From: a virus
Taxonomy: Duplodnaviria; Heunggongvirae; Uroviricota; Caudoviricetes
Reading direction: 5' to 3' (one strand)
Virus record (IMG/VR): IMGVR_UViG_3300045988_138358
Length of the DNA: 64,000 nt
Part shown: positions 49,612 through 58,795 of the stretch, one piece after another
How positions within the stretch are numbered: the stretch's first letter is position 1
Layout of the letters: every line of letters begins with the position of its first letter
Notes under the pieces: model-generated
Seen by the model: only the letters and a program-made list of their open reading frames with translations
Told to the model about the DNA's origin: nothing
Database searches by the model: none
Made by a program: the position numbers and the translations under genes

Positions 49612-50106
49612 TTATAACTTTTCGTACTGAAGCGGTGAACGCTTAATTTCAAAGTGGCCTTCCGATGTGCTACCAAAGCCACCAGCGCCTCGCTCTGTTT
49701 CATCGAGTTCATCAACTTCTACCAGCGATACCGGTTCAACACGCTCAAAAATGCCTTGCATGACCGCCATTCCTGGCTTGAGGCAAACGCCTTCACCACC
49801 GGGATCTGTAATCAGTTTTGCCATGATTTCACCGCGATAATCGGAGTCGATAATTCCTACGCAGTTAGCCAGGCGAGTATGTTTTTTGCAGCCCAATCCG
49901 GAACGCGGATAGAGTTTCAGACACCAGCCGGGCGGGATCTCCATAGCCAGTCCGGTGTACACCCACCAGCTTGAGGAAATTGCACCATTGCTATCGACAC
50001 ATGGTTTTATTTCAACAGCCTCAAAATCCATCGCCGCCGATCCGGAGGTGGCATAAGCTGGAAGTTTTGCTGCCGGATGTAGGCGTTTCACTTTTACGTA
50101 AATCAT
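49612..50106 (-). CDS. dut: dUTPase (trimeric dUTP pyrophosphatase family)
   Basis: ORF track 164 aa; motifs SAAMDF, GIIDSDYRGE and RGAGGFGSTS. Confidence 0.8.
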   Translation of the reverse strand: MIYVKVKRLHPAAKLPAYATSGSAAMDFEAVEIKPCVDSNGAISSSWWVYTGLAMEIPPGWCLKLYPRSGLGCKKHTRLANCVGIIDSDYRGEIMAKLITDPGGEGVCLKPGMAVMQGIFERVEPVSLVEVDELDETERGAGGFGSTSEGHFEIKRSPLQYEKL

Positions 50107-50579
50107 TGTTTTTTAGCTCTCTGCGTGAATGTGTAAACCCGACGTTTGATATGTGGAACGGTAGGAACAGGAAGACAGGAACTTTCAATAACTCCTTGCT
50201 CCTCCAGCGATCGCACCGCCCGCAAGAACTGCGACGTGTCGCCGCCAAACTGGCGGGCATAGGTGCTGCCGTTATGAAGTATTTGAGCTATTACCCGAGC
50301 TTTTGTCTGGCTGTCACGATATGCGAATAGCCGCACGGCCTCTTCTGGCGCAATCGCTAACTGATAGCCTTTCCCGGCACGGTGTCGAATGAATCCATGC
50401 GCCAGTAGGTTTTTGAGTTCGTTACGAGTGCGAACAGATCCGTAACCCAGGAAGTGTGGATTGATAACGACTGGCTTAAACCATTCCGTAGGTGCTTTAG
50501 CTAATAGAGCTAACAGCTTCCCGGATAATTCTGGATAGGAAGACGGGTAACAATTCAGAGATGGGTAATAAGTTTTCAC
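50103..50579 (-). CDS. hypothetical protein
   Basis: ORF track 158 aa. Confidence 0.3.
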   Translation of the reverse strand: MKTYYPSLNCYPSSYPELSGKLLALLAKAPTEWFKPVVINPHFLGYGSVRTRNELKNLLAHGFIRHRAGKGYQLAIAPEEAVRLFAYRDSQTKARVIAQILHNGSTYARQFGGDTSQFLRAVRSLEEQGVIESSCLPVPTVPHIKRRVYTFTQRAKKQ

Positions 50580-50920
50580 CGACGCCCCCTTGCAGGATAT
50601 CGACCGGCATTAGTATCCGGTGCAATAAAGCCGGTAGTGGGGCGAGTGAAAGCGAGATTAATCTTCTCGACCATAGTGCGATAATTTTCCTGATAGTGGG
50701 CCAGGAGTTTTTCGGCGGCAATGATGGTTACTTTCCGGACGTAGCTTTCTGCTTCCTCCAGATTTCGCCAGTTTTTTTCGAGGGTAAACACAGGGACGGC
50801 CTCAAGCCCGGTCATGATGCCGAACACAACGACAGCATGACTGTTCTTAACACCAGCGGCGAAGGTTACGGTGTAACCATCCACCTTGAAGCGTCTTGAT
50901 TCCGTGATTTGACTCTGCAA
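50576..50920 (-). CDS. hypothetical protein, first gene of the operon
   Basis: ORF track 114 aa; TTG start preceded by GGAGG. Confidence 0.3.
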   Translation of the reverse strand: MQSQITESRRFKVDGYTVTFAAGVKNSHAVVVFGIMTGLEAVPVFTLEKNWRNLEEAESYVRKVTIIAAEKLLAHYQENYRTMVEKINLAFTRPTTGFIAPDTNAGRYPARGRR

Positions 50921-50977
50921 AGCACCCTCCTAAATAGGCGAGGGTACTTTACAGCAAAGACGTTAATCTAAAAAGAT

Positions 50978-50987
50978 GTGTTAGAAA
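50978..50987. promoter_or_regulatory. operator-like half-site GTGTTAGAAA upstream of the 50920 operon
   Basis: Recurrent motif. Confidence 0.4.
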
Positions 50988-50993
50988 TTTAAT

Positions 50994-52022
50994 TTACGAA
51001 TCCATCAGGCGGCTATTAGCCCCCACAGACACGCCGCCACGGCGAAGATACCGCATAAGTGTTTCCGGTTTCTTCCAGGTTCCTTCCTGCATGATCTCCA
51101 CCATAGACACCTGCTTTTCAGCCATATCAATAGCGGCCCCGACGCGTGCACTATGCCCGGTCCACGTCCGGTATCTTCCTTTGTTTGGCGTAGCATCTCT
51201 TTTATTCAGCAACACCCAGGCGTCGCTGAATATTTTCTCCATTGCAGGTGCAGTAAGGGGCGTTGTCGTGATCCTGGCCTTATTGCTACGGTGTATCGGC
51301 GGGAACAGCACTGCGTCAGGATGTTCGCGAAGCCCGGAAACATCCAGCCAGTCATTCAGCACAGCGGTAGTGCGACGGGAAAGCACCTTATCAAGCCCGG
51401 CGGCGGTCGTTATTGTCTTCGTGTGTGAAATATGTAGCGTGACAGTGTCACCTGTTTGGTCCAGATCTCCTACACGAATACGCGAGATTTCCGACATACG
51501 CATCAGCGTATTGTATGCAACAAAGAGAAAAGCCCGGTTGCGCAGGTCCACCAGCCGTTCTGACCTGGACAACAGGACGTCGAGCAGTTTCAGATCGTCC
51601 CACCGCAGCGGTATAGCCTGGCCTGTTCGTTCGCCTTTTTCAGTTGCCGCTTCGCGCCGGATGCGCCGCATAGCCAGAGAAACACTTTTATCATCCGAAA
51701 GTGGCGGAAGGCCACAATGCGAAAGCAGCATGTTCAGCATGGCGTAGTGCTTATCAATGGTGGTCGAAGCCAGATCGGCATCATGCAGCTGAAGAAAATA
51801 CTCGCGGGCCATTTCTGGTGAGATCGGAAACCAGGCAAGCTGGCGAGCGTGACACCAGCGCGCCCAGGAATGAAACACCAAACGGAGGTCGCGCAGAGTA
51901 TTCGGCGCATAAGCTCCCTGGTCATTCATGAACCGCATAAAGTTTTCTGCGGCTTCCTGGTACTCTTTGCCAATGTTGCGCAGAAAACCACCGGAACTGC
52001 CAGAGATAATTAATTCACTCAT
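50994..52022 (-). CDS. cre: Cre-like tyrosine site-specific recombinase
   Basis: ORF track 342 aa; C-terminus WTGHSARVGAAIDMA..EIMQEGTW..MRYL matches P1 Cre (WSGHSARVGAARDMA..EIMQAGGW..MNYI) as I recall it, catalytic His/Arg/Trp/Tyr in place. Confidence 0.85.
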   Translation of the reverse strand: MSELIISGSSGGFLRNIGKEYQEAAENFMRFMNDQGAYAPNTLRDLRLVFHSWARWCHARQLAWFPISPEMAREYFLQLHDADLASTTIDKHYAMLNMLLSHCGLPPLSDDKSVSLAMRRIRREAATEKGERTGQAIPLRWDDLKLLDVLLSRSERLVDLRNRAFLFVAYNTLMRMSEISRIRVGDLDQTGDTVTLHISHTKTITTAAGLDKVLSRRTTAVLNDWLDVSGLREHPDAVLFPPIHRSNKARITTTPLTAPAMEKIFSDAWVLLNKRDATPNKGRYRTWTGHSARVGAAIDMAEKQVSMVEIMQEGTWKKPETLMRYLRRGGVSVGANSRLMDS

Positions 52023-52173
52023 GAAACTATTTAACCTCTATATACAGATGACGCTACGCGAAAAATATAAAAATGACAGGGTAGCTATAAGTTAATTTTC
52101 AAGATTCAAGCCTTTGATTCGATGCACGTATTTTCAGTGATGTCAATACTGATCATCTACCCATGATTATAGC

Positions 52174-52207
52174 CTAACTTTAAATAATGCCAATTATCTA
52201 AAGTTAG
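52174..52207. other. lox-like site: 13-bp inverted repeats around an 8-bp spacer (CTAACTTTAAATA-ATGCCAAT-TATCTAAAGTTAG)
   Basis: Seen directly; arms match 12 of 13; same 13-8-13 layout as loxP; ~150 bp upstream of cre. Confidence 0.6.
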
Positions 52208-52379
52208 AAATTTAGGAATTTTTTTCCTTTCCGCGCAGATGGGCAATGCATTGCTGGTGTGGGCTTTAAGTTATGCCTGGCAGTTTTTAAGCAGAATTTT
52301 CTAAATTGGATGATAAAAAAATGCATCTTGATCCTTTACTCACCCTGTTATTCGGCATAGATTTGTCATAGTAATTTTA

Positions 52380-52390
52380 TGTTAGAAAAC
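52380..52390. promoter_or_regulatory. operator-like half-site TGTTAGAAAAC just upstream of the 52408 gene RBS
   Basis: Recurrent motif. Confidence 0.4.
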
Positions 52391-52407
52391 TAAATCGAGT
52401 AGGAATA

Positions 52408-53445
52408 ATGAGTAAGAAGTCGATCGAGAAAGAGTACAAACGGTTCCTGCAAACCGCTGAACGGTGGAAAGAGCTGGTGGTCGCAAACTCTGTTTTCCAT
52501 GATACCAGTTATTCCGGCGAGGAATTCCGCCATGTTGCACTAACACATGATCAGAATGTGCTAGAAGAAGCTGAAAAGTGCCTCACAGAATGGAAAGCCT
52601 TTGTTGACTTGTGCCGTAACGCTGACGGCAAAGCGTCTAACATTGTTGAGTCTGTATATTCTCCGATCCCATTCATTATCGAGGACACAAATCAAAGCAC
52701 GCATATTGTTGTGCAAAGCGCGACCACCACCCGCTCATTTACGCGCGAAAATCTGCTCAAAAAATATGATGCAATTATAAAGAAAAGCCTGAAAAACAAG
52801 ATATTTTCGCAGATTGTTGGTGCACTTGAAGAAGAGCGCCGTTTTTTCGCATCAGAACCTGAAGGGGAAGTTTACCGGGCGCGCAAAGATGGATACACAG
52901 ATGTAGTGCTTACAACAAACATTGAAGGCAGCAATGCTCTGTCACGATTCAGGGTAGGCGCACACGGAGCCTTAGTGTTCGCAAAACTTCCGAACACCAC
53001 AGTGCCCGTTGTTAATAATGTCGGCGAACGTCGCAGCATTACTATTTATTCTGGGGTTGAGTCGATACCTTGCGGCCTGCTTGGTGACTTTAGTCTCTAT
53101 CGCGTTCGCGATCTGGAGAAACACCAACCAAGCTATGTTGCGAAGTCATACATCTTGCGAAACATCGACATCCGCAATGAGAGCTTAAAGAACAAATCAG
53201 CCAAAATGCTTGAGGAAGCCGATCCGGCTATTCGCCATATCATTGAGCGTAAAATACAGACAGCACGCGAAGCGATGGCGAGACTGAATAAAATGGATCT
53301 GGAGTTGTTAGACGTAATGATGACATCCGGAGATGACCTGACAGGCATAAAACTGACAGACGCGCGGAAAAGATACGGTAAAACCATAGAAGAACGTTAC
53401 GGGTTCACTTTCTCCCAAACACAGCACGCCGCTAAACTCTGGTAA
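52408..53445 (+). CDS. hypothetical protein
   Basis: ORF track 345 aa; AT-rich upstream region; between lox-cre and the terminase genes. Confidence 0.4.
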   Translation: MSKKSIEKEYKRFLQTAERWKELVVANSVFHDTSYSGEEFRHVALTHDQNVLEEAEKCLTEWKAFVDLCRNADGKASNIVESVYSPIPFIIEDTNQSTHIVVQSATTTRSFTRENLLKKYDAIIKKSLKNKIFSQIVGALEEERRFFASEPEGEVYRARKDGYTDVVLTTNIEGSNALSRFRVGAHGALVFAKLPNTTVPVVNNVGERRSITIYSGVESIPCGLLGDFSLYRVRDLEKHQPSYVAKSYILRNIDIRNESLKNKSAKMLEEADPAIRHIIERKIQTAREAMARLNKMDLELLDVMMTSGDDLTGIKLTDARKRYGKTIEERYGFTFSQTQHAAKLW

Positions 53446-53516
53446 TCACAAGCCCCGCATTGCCGGGGCTTTATCCGGTGCGCCGTAAAACCCCGTCCTT
53501 CAGGGCGTGGAGGATG

Positions 53517-55025
53517 TCAAATATCCAGATCTGGCATTTCTACATCTGCAAGAACCTGATCGCGGAAGGTAGCCATTTCAGCGCCGATATCTTCATTAGC
53601 AGGAACATAGTCCACCAGCATTGTAAAGCAGTAGGTATCCCATCGGTCAGGTGATTTGATGTTCAGCTTTTGCCGCATGTGCTCCTTGCGCATCATCGCC
53701 ATCTTCCCTTCTTCATTAAGTAAAAAGGGGATTTTTGACGCTTGCTCTGCCGTTTTAGGGTCGCTGTCTATTCGCATACGACCTGACTTTATGGCATCAC
53801 GAGCCATAATATTTGCGTAGGCACGCTGGTTAACAAAACGCTCCTTGTCTTTGTTCGAAAACATGGGTTTCCCCCACCGAATCCGTACCGGATTAGCCCC
53901 ACGGCGCACCAGCTGCGCACAGGTATCTGAACCAAAACCGTCTGCGTCAACCGCGATTGTAATATTCGGGTATTTATCCGGCGTGCATTCGTTGTATATA
54001 AAGTCAGCAAAAGCCAGCGGGTCCATAGTCCCTGGCATTTCCATTACCTTAAAGTTAACAACACGCCGCTTTTCCCGGTGACCAGACACTTTACAGATAT
54101 TAAGAACTGACTTGTCTCGCCCGTTACCAACGTCAGCAGTAGCCACCCATCCCCAGTTTTTCTCCAACAACACCTTGCGCCGCGCAGCGCGATCGCATTC
54201 ATCACGACCAAGCAAATAGCCGTTAATCTCCCGAGGAAACTGACCAAGAACCTTGACCATGTACTCAATAGAATCGCGCCCGCCATATTCTAGGAGTTTC
54301 TGCCTGATGAATTGTGGTGTGACGAACGGTGATTCTTCTGAGTTAAGAACAATTGCTGTCCAGATCCCTTTCGGGTTGTCTGGGGTTTTAGCTTGAGAAT
54401 GGTGCGAATCGTAGAAATAACCACTTGGCCTTGTTGGCTGGGATAGCATCAACATTCGGTTATCTTCTTCAGTCAGAGCGCCAGTCATTACGCCGATCGC
54501 TTTATCAGATATACCTGATGCTTCATCCAGAATTAGAAGCAAATGTGCCGCGTGCTCCCCCGCCAGAGCTTCTTCGTTACCGAGTCGATAGCCTTTGCAG
54601 AGAACTTCCCAGATCCCCTTTCGAGAGCGTTCATAAAACATGGTGTCAGACAGGACAAAATAGGTCTGTAACCACCCATGACGCTTAACGGCATTCGCCC
54701 AATACTGTTTAACGTATTTGAATACACCTGTCTTAACCTGACCTATTTTGTTAGCAACAATGATGACACGGGCATCGGGGAACAGAATCAAATAAATCAG
54801 CAACAACATAGCCGTTAGCGACGATTTCCCTGTACCGTGACCAGAGGTAACAGTGGTTCTGCTCCCTTTTTGCTGTACGGACTGGATAATCTCCTGCTGC
54901 TGGTGGGAGGGAAACATCCCGAATATATCAACAACAGCCTGGGTAAAGTTGTAGCGGTATTTGATTACCATATCGCGCCAGCGTGGATCGCTGGTGACGC
55001 ATTTAATCTTGCGCCCACCAGCCAT
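53517..55025 (-). CDS. terminase large subunit (PacB-like)
   Basis: ORF track 502 aa; intact Walker A SGHGTGKS and Walker B ILDEAS; start overlaps upstream stop (TAATG). Confidence 0.8.
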   Translation of the reverse strand: MAGGRKIKCVTSDPRWRDMVIKYRYNFTQAVVDIFGMFPSHQQQEIIQSVQQKGSRTTVTSGHGTGKSSLTAMLLLIYLILFPDARVIIVANKIGQVKTGVFKYVKQYWANAVKRHGWLQTYFVLSDTMFYERSRKGIWEVLCKGYRLGNEEALAGEHAAHLLLILDEASGISDKAIGVMTGALTEEDNRMLMLSQPTRPSGYFYDSHHSQAKTPDNPKGIWTAIVLNSEESPFVTPQFIRQKLLEYGGRDSIEYMVKVLGQFPREINGYLLGRDECDRAARRKVLLEKNWGWVATADVGNGRDKSVLNICKVSGHREKRRVVNFKVMEMPGTMDPLAFADFIYNECTPDKYPNITIAVDADGFGSDTCAQLVRRGANPVRIRWGKPMFSNKDKERFVNQRAYANIMARDAIKSGRMRIDSDPKTAEQASKIPFLLNEEGKMAMMRKEHMRQKLNIKSPDRWDTYCFTMLVDYVPANEDIGAEMATFRDQVLADVEMPDLDI

Positions 55026-56389
55026 TAGTCATCCTCCGGCGGTTCTATCGCAATATCATCATCTCCGGCGTCATACCCTGCATCTGATGCATCATAATCA
55101 CCGTAAATTTCAGCCGTTGCCGAAGGGTCAATGTCCAACTCTTCATCGTTGGCCTCGAATTCCCCAGCCTTACGCTCGCCATTGTGGTCGTAATCTCCGC
55201 ACCCCAGATCTTCAACAATGGTTGCCACATCCGCCCGGCGCTCTGCCAGCCATTGCGGATGGTTAGCCTGAAGCGATGCAAACTCCTTCGCTTCTTTGTC
55301 CAGCTGTTCATCATCAACATCATTGATGTCAGAAACTGGAGGTTCGAGAAGAGTGATAGCTTTCGCCGCGCGCGCCGCGAGGATAGCCGGGACACTGACA
55401 CCCTGACGCTCGATGTATTCAGCAACACCGATATCGTCCAGCTCCTCGCGCTCACGCATACGTATAGCGGCGGCGATAACTCTGGCTGCGCGTGCGTCAG
55501 CGCCAATGCGATATTCAATCTCTTTGCCACGCTGTTCGGCCTGTAGGCGTGCTAATTCGAGTTTTTCTCTGGCCTCGGCCTCTCTGAATGCTTGCTGGCG
55601 AGCACCCTGACGAAGTTTTTCATCACCCTGTCGCAGCTTTTGTTCGGACTGATATATCGCTGCCAACCTACTGATAAAATCGTTCATGTAGTAGGCCGCG
55701 TCACTGATTAGACCGAGAAGTCGCTGCCCAGGGTGCATTCCTTCTGGCTGTTCATCACCCAGGGCGTCTATCTCCGCCTGTAGGCGTTCGGCCTCCTGAT
55801 CAACAATGCTTTGGTACTGAAGTGCGCGTTCTTGCGCCATTTGAATTGCTAACCGCAGGTGCTCTTCTGCGCCGTTCTTCATCATGTCGCGAGCCACACT
55901 CGTAGTGGGCAACGTGGCACGCTGCACAGCACCGCCAGGGATCATTGCTGAAGATCCCTCGATTTTTGAGGCGCATTTATCTTCGGTGGGGATCATTTTC
56001 GCCATTTTTTCGCGCAATGATCTCCTGACAGATTCTTTTATCTCATTGTTATTATTTGCATTATTTTCATGATCCGAAGTTTTCTTTCTCGGCATACTTC
56101 GGAAAGAACCTGTGCCCTGCGAATTGTCAATTTCTGTAAATTTTGTTGTTTCTGTACCCTCTTCTGGTCTTTTTTTTGCTCTTCCTGCCCGTTTTTTTTG
56201 AGGTGATTTGGTGCTTTTTTTTGTAGTCTTCACCTGCGACCGCACCTCATTTTTTTTCATATTGAGATGCTTTCTGGCGGTATTGAAGCTAAGGTCGTGT
56301 TGCTCGCAGTATTCCTTTACGGTGATCCCTTTTTCTTCACGCAACGCTATAAATTTGGCGCGGTGCTCTTCCCAATTAACCAGACTCAT
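55025..56389 (-). CDS. terminase small subunit-like (PacA-like) protein
   Basis: ORF track 454 aa; N-terminal HTH-like segment, acidic C-terminus, coupled to the large subunit gene. Confidence 0.5.
   Translation of the reverse strand: MSLVNWEEHRAKFIALREEKGITVKEYCEQHDLSFNTARKHLNMKKNEVRSQVKTTKKSTKSPQKKRAGRAKKRPEEGTETTKFTEIDNSQGTGSFRSMPRKKTSDHENNANNNNEIKESVRRSLREKMAKMIPTEDKCASKIEGSSAMIPGGAVQRATLPTTSVARDMMKNGAEEHLRLAIQMAQERALQYQSIVDQEAERLQAEIDALGDEQPEGMHPGQRLLGLISDAAYYMNDFISRLAAIYQSEQKLRQGDEKLRQGARQQAFREAEAREKLELARLQAEQRGKEIEYRIGADARAARVIAAAIRMREREELDDIGVAEYIERQGVSVPAILAARAAKAITLLEPPVSDINDVDDEQLDKEAKEFASLQANHPQWLAERRADVATIVEDLGCGDYDHNGERKAGEFEANDEELDIDPSATAEIYGDYDASDAGYDAGDDDIAIEPPEDD
55940..56075. 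other. GATC hexamer cluster inside the PacA-like gene (candidate pac site)
   Basis: Five GATC within ~135 bp as GGATCA, AGATCC, GGATCA, TGATCT, TGATCC. Confidence 0.35.
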
Positions 56390-56778
56390 AAAGCAACACC
56401 ACGCTTTTTAACGGCGGCATTCCACAGCTTATTCGCCATGTCCACCAGCTCTCGTTGCTCTTTTCGCGCCTGTTCGACTGATTTCCTGCTACAGTTTTTA
56501 ACCAGTAAGCTACCGTATTCAGGGGTGCGCCCGCGCACCTTGAACTGATATCCGTTCAGGCCATGCAACCAGTATTTCCGTGGGTAAACACGATCATCAA
56601 GCTCACAAATAGCTCGGCTTGACCGCACAAAATGCCGAATGATGTTGGTTACACTTACTCGTGAAACATGAAGGTGAGGATATTTTTCTTTAGCTAGAGT
56701 GGTGATTTCGGTGACTGTCAGATAGCAGTCAGCCCTAATCATGATATCCGCAATTTCTGCGCTGCTGATATGCTCCAT
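56386..56778 (-). CDS. hypothetical protein
   Basis: ORF track 130 aa; overlaps the PacA-like start; operator-like site upstream. Confidence 0.3.
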   Translation of the reverse strand: MEHISSAEIADIMIRADCYLTVTEITTLAKEKYPHLHVSRVSVTNIIRHFVRSSRAICELDDRVYPRKYWLHGLNGYQFKVRGRTPEYGSLLVKNCSRKSVEQARKEQRELVDMANKLWNAAVKKRGVAL

Positions 56779-56856
56779 TAATCCCCCAGGCAGGAAATGA
56801 CCGAGGGGATGATAATGAGAATGTTATTTCTGTATAGACTGGCAAAAAGTTGGTTA

Positions 56857-56886
56857 TATTAGAAAATTAATTCCATTCATCTAACA
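56857..56886. promoter_or_regulatory. operator-like inverted repeat TATTAGA-N16-TCTAACA
   Basis: Between the 56887 gene stop and the 56778 gene start. Confidence 0.5.
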
Positions 56887-57279
56887 CTACCAGCGAGATA
56901 AGCGAACGACGTGTTTTACCTTAGCGATCCACTTACCACGTGAGTTATTAATTACGGCCTGCGCCACCTTTAAGCTGACTTCAAAATCAGCCTTACGACC
57001 ATCAGAATCCACCAGCGTTGCACCGTCTATTTCCGGCAGGCTTAAATAATCCTGTTCTACCTCTAATGGCATTGACGGCTCTCTGAATGGTGTCAATTGC
57101 CGAGCTTTCCAGATAAAGCGAACTCTCAATCCCCTATAAGCCATTACCATGTAGCCTGTTATCGTGCTCTTATGGCCTGCATCAGTACGCGCAGCATTAC
57201 ACGATACAATCTTACAGGTGACGATATTCCACTCCACGTTGGAGACTTCGTGAATGCTTAATTTTGTTGTCTCGTACAT
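56887..57279 (-). CDS. hypothetical protein
   Basis: ORF track 130 aa. Confidence 0.3.
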   Translation of the reverse strand: MYETTKLSIHEVSNVEWNIVTCKIVSCNAARTDAGHKSTITGYMVMAYRGLRVRFIWKARQLTPFREPSMPLEVEQDYLSLPEIDGATLVDSDGRKADFEVSLKVAQAVINNSRGKWIAKVKHVVRLSRW

Positions 57280-57854
57280 CAGAATGCCTCCCAGTCAGTT
57301 GCGATAATATCCACGCCAGTTGCGAACCAGTCTGTCTGCGCCTGTAAATCCCCATTCATCATTACCAGGCGAGGCATAACCATCACATCGCACCCTTCCA
57401 CAATATCGAATGCCTCTTCCGGCAAGAATTCGAAGAGCTTTTCTTTGCTGCCAATGCTGCCACGGAACATCGATAAATAGCTCCCTTTAGGCCATGATGC
57501 CCGGCGGGCATCCAGCCCCTTCATCATCCAGAACATGGCGGCAGAAAAATTGATGTTCTTTTTGGCGATGAAAACATTATTGGCTTCTGTTTGCTTCAGA
57601 AACTTAATTAGCCTTGCCATCGACTCGGATAACGCTACGTATGGCTCATGATTGGCTGCGGACACGCTCACACCATGTAATCCAACACTGACTACCGTCA
57701 TATCGCCGCTTTGAGCGGTTTCAATGTTGACACCTTTGCGAACTAACGAGGCATAAAGTTCCTCTCGCTTTTGTGTCCAGCGTTCCCGCTGACCGATGAA
57801 GTCACTCAATATGAGGTCTGCTTCTGCATACGCGTTATCGTTCGCCGTTAACAT
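57279..57854 (-). CDS. fusion protein with C-terminal DUF2829-like (Tad2-like) domain, more divergent
   Basis: ORF track 191 aa; C-terminal half (AAMFWMMKGLDARRASWPKG .. PRLVMMNGDLQAQTDWFATGVDIIATDWEAF) follows the same pattern. Confidence 0.4.
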   Translation of the reverse strand: MLTANDNAYAEADLILSDFIGQRERWTQKREELYASLVRKGVNIETAQSGDMTVVSVGLHGVSVSAANHEPYVALSESMARLIKFLKQTEANNVFIAKKNINFSAAMFWMMKGLDARRASWPKGSYLSMFRGSIGSKEKLFEFLPEEAFDIVEGCDVMVMPRLVMMNGDLQAQTDWFATGVDIIATDWEAF

Positions 57855-57974
57855 AACGTCTCCTTTTTACACGCGCGACCATCCCTCGGTTAAACCGATA
57901 GAGATGTCGAAACTTCGTATTAATTAAGGGTTACAGCCTGAGCGGCTATATGATGAATTGAAAGGAGTTGTGGC

Positions 57975-57989
57975 GGTGGTGCCTCCACC
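57975..57989. ncRNA. short hairpin GGTGG-TGCCT-CCACC
   Basis: One of three hairpins with identical loop and covarying stems. Confidence 0.3.
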
Positions 57990-58307
57990 TGCCAGGTTAG
58001 CCACTCCTGGCGACGTCACTTATCAGAACGTAGTGAATGAAAATGGCTTCGTCACGAGCGCATAGCCGCAATTACCACAACGGAAACGGCGCTCACGCTA
58101 ATTAAACGCCTTTTCCTGTTGTGCGCCGTACTCTTCCGGCTGTCACACCGAATCGCCAGGGTGGTGAGTCCTCGGTCCGACGATATGAACGGGGCTTGCA
58201 CATTCCGGCTACCTGGTTTGTTGCCTGAGCTAGGGGAAAAGGTAACCCCTTTAACGTCACCAGACCGCTAACGACGCATGTGCCATACGCCGTGTTACAA
58301 CCAAATA

Positions 58308-58383
58308 TGGTGGCCCCTACCGGACTTGAACCGGTGACCGTGCGATTATGAGTCGCCAGCTCTAACCACTGAGCTAAAGGGCC
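58308..58383 (-). tRNA. tRNA with CAU anticodon (Ile2 lysidine-type or Met)
   Basis: Hand-folded cloverleaf, 7-bp acceptor stem, T-loop TTCAAGT, CCA encoded; close to E. coli ileX as I recall it. Confidence 0.75.
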
Positions 58384-58392
58384 AGATTACTG

Positions 58393-58521
58393 TTAATTCC
58401 GCTTACGCTTTTTGCCAGAACCGCGTAAGGCTTTTGCCGCTTGCTCGATCCCATATGCAACCACCAGCAGAAATAAAAATGTCCAACCAGGGTTCTTATC
58501 GGCAAAGGCCCAAAAATCCAT
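58393..58521 (-). CDS. small hydrophobic protein, 42 aa
   Basis: Hand-found; one hydrophobic helix and basic tail; ends 10 nt before the CAU tRNA. Confidence 0.25.
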   Translation of the reverse strand: MDFWAFADKNPGWTFLFLLVVAYGIEQAAKALRGSGKKRKRN

Positions 58522-58572
58522 CACTTGCAGCTACCTTTTAAGACAAAACGCCATTGCTGTTAGATTGCGGTG

Positions 58573-58587
58573 CCTGGTGCCTCCAGG
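58573..58587. ncRNA. short hairpin CCTGG-TGCCT-CCAGG
   Basis: Second of three hairpins with identical loop and covarying stems. Confidence 0.3.
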
Positions 58588-58795
58588 TGACGTTAACCAG
58601 TTAACAATTAACGCCGGGATGTTTGATTTAACCACTAAGGAGGATTGTTTTAACTGTTCCGCGTGCGCTTAGCCGCATTCACCGCAATGGTAAGAGCACT
58701 TGGCTGGCTGGGCGGCGATGACGCCTGTACGCATTTGGTGATCCGGTTCTGCTTCCGGCATTCGCTTAATTAGCCAAATACTCTTAACGTTGCGC

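Noticed and set aside
50994-52022. Cre-like recombinase as a chromosomal integrase, with the tRNA cluster as attachment target
   Set aside because: The lox-like site is adjacent to the gene, the tRNAs are an element-encoded cluster with no flanking direct repeats, and a full replicon and partition systems are present; dimer resolution fits better.
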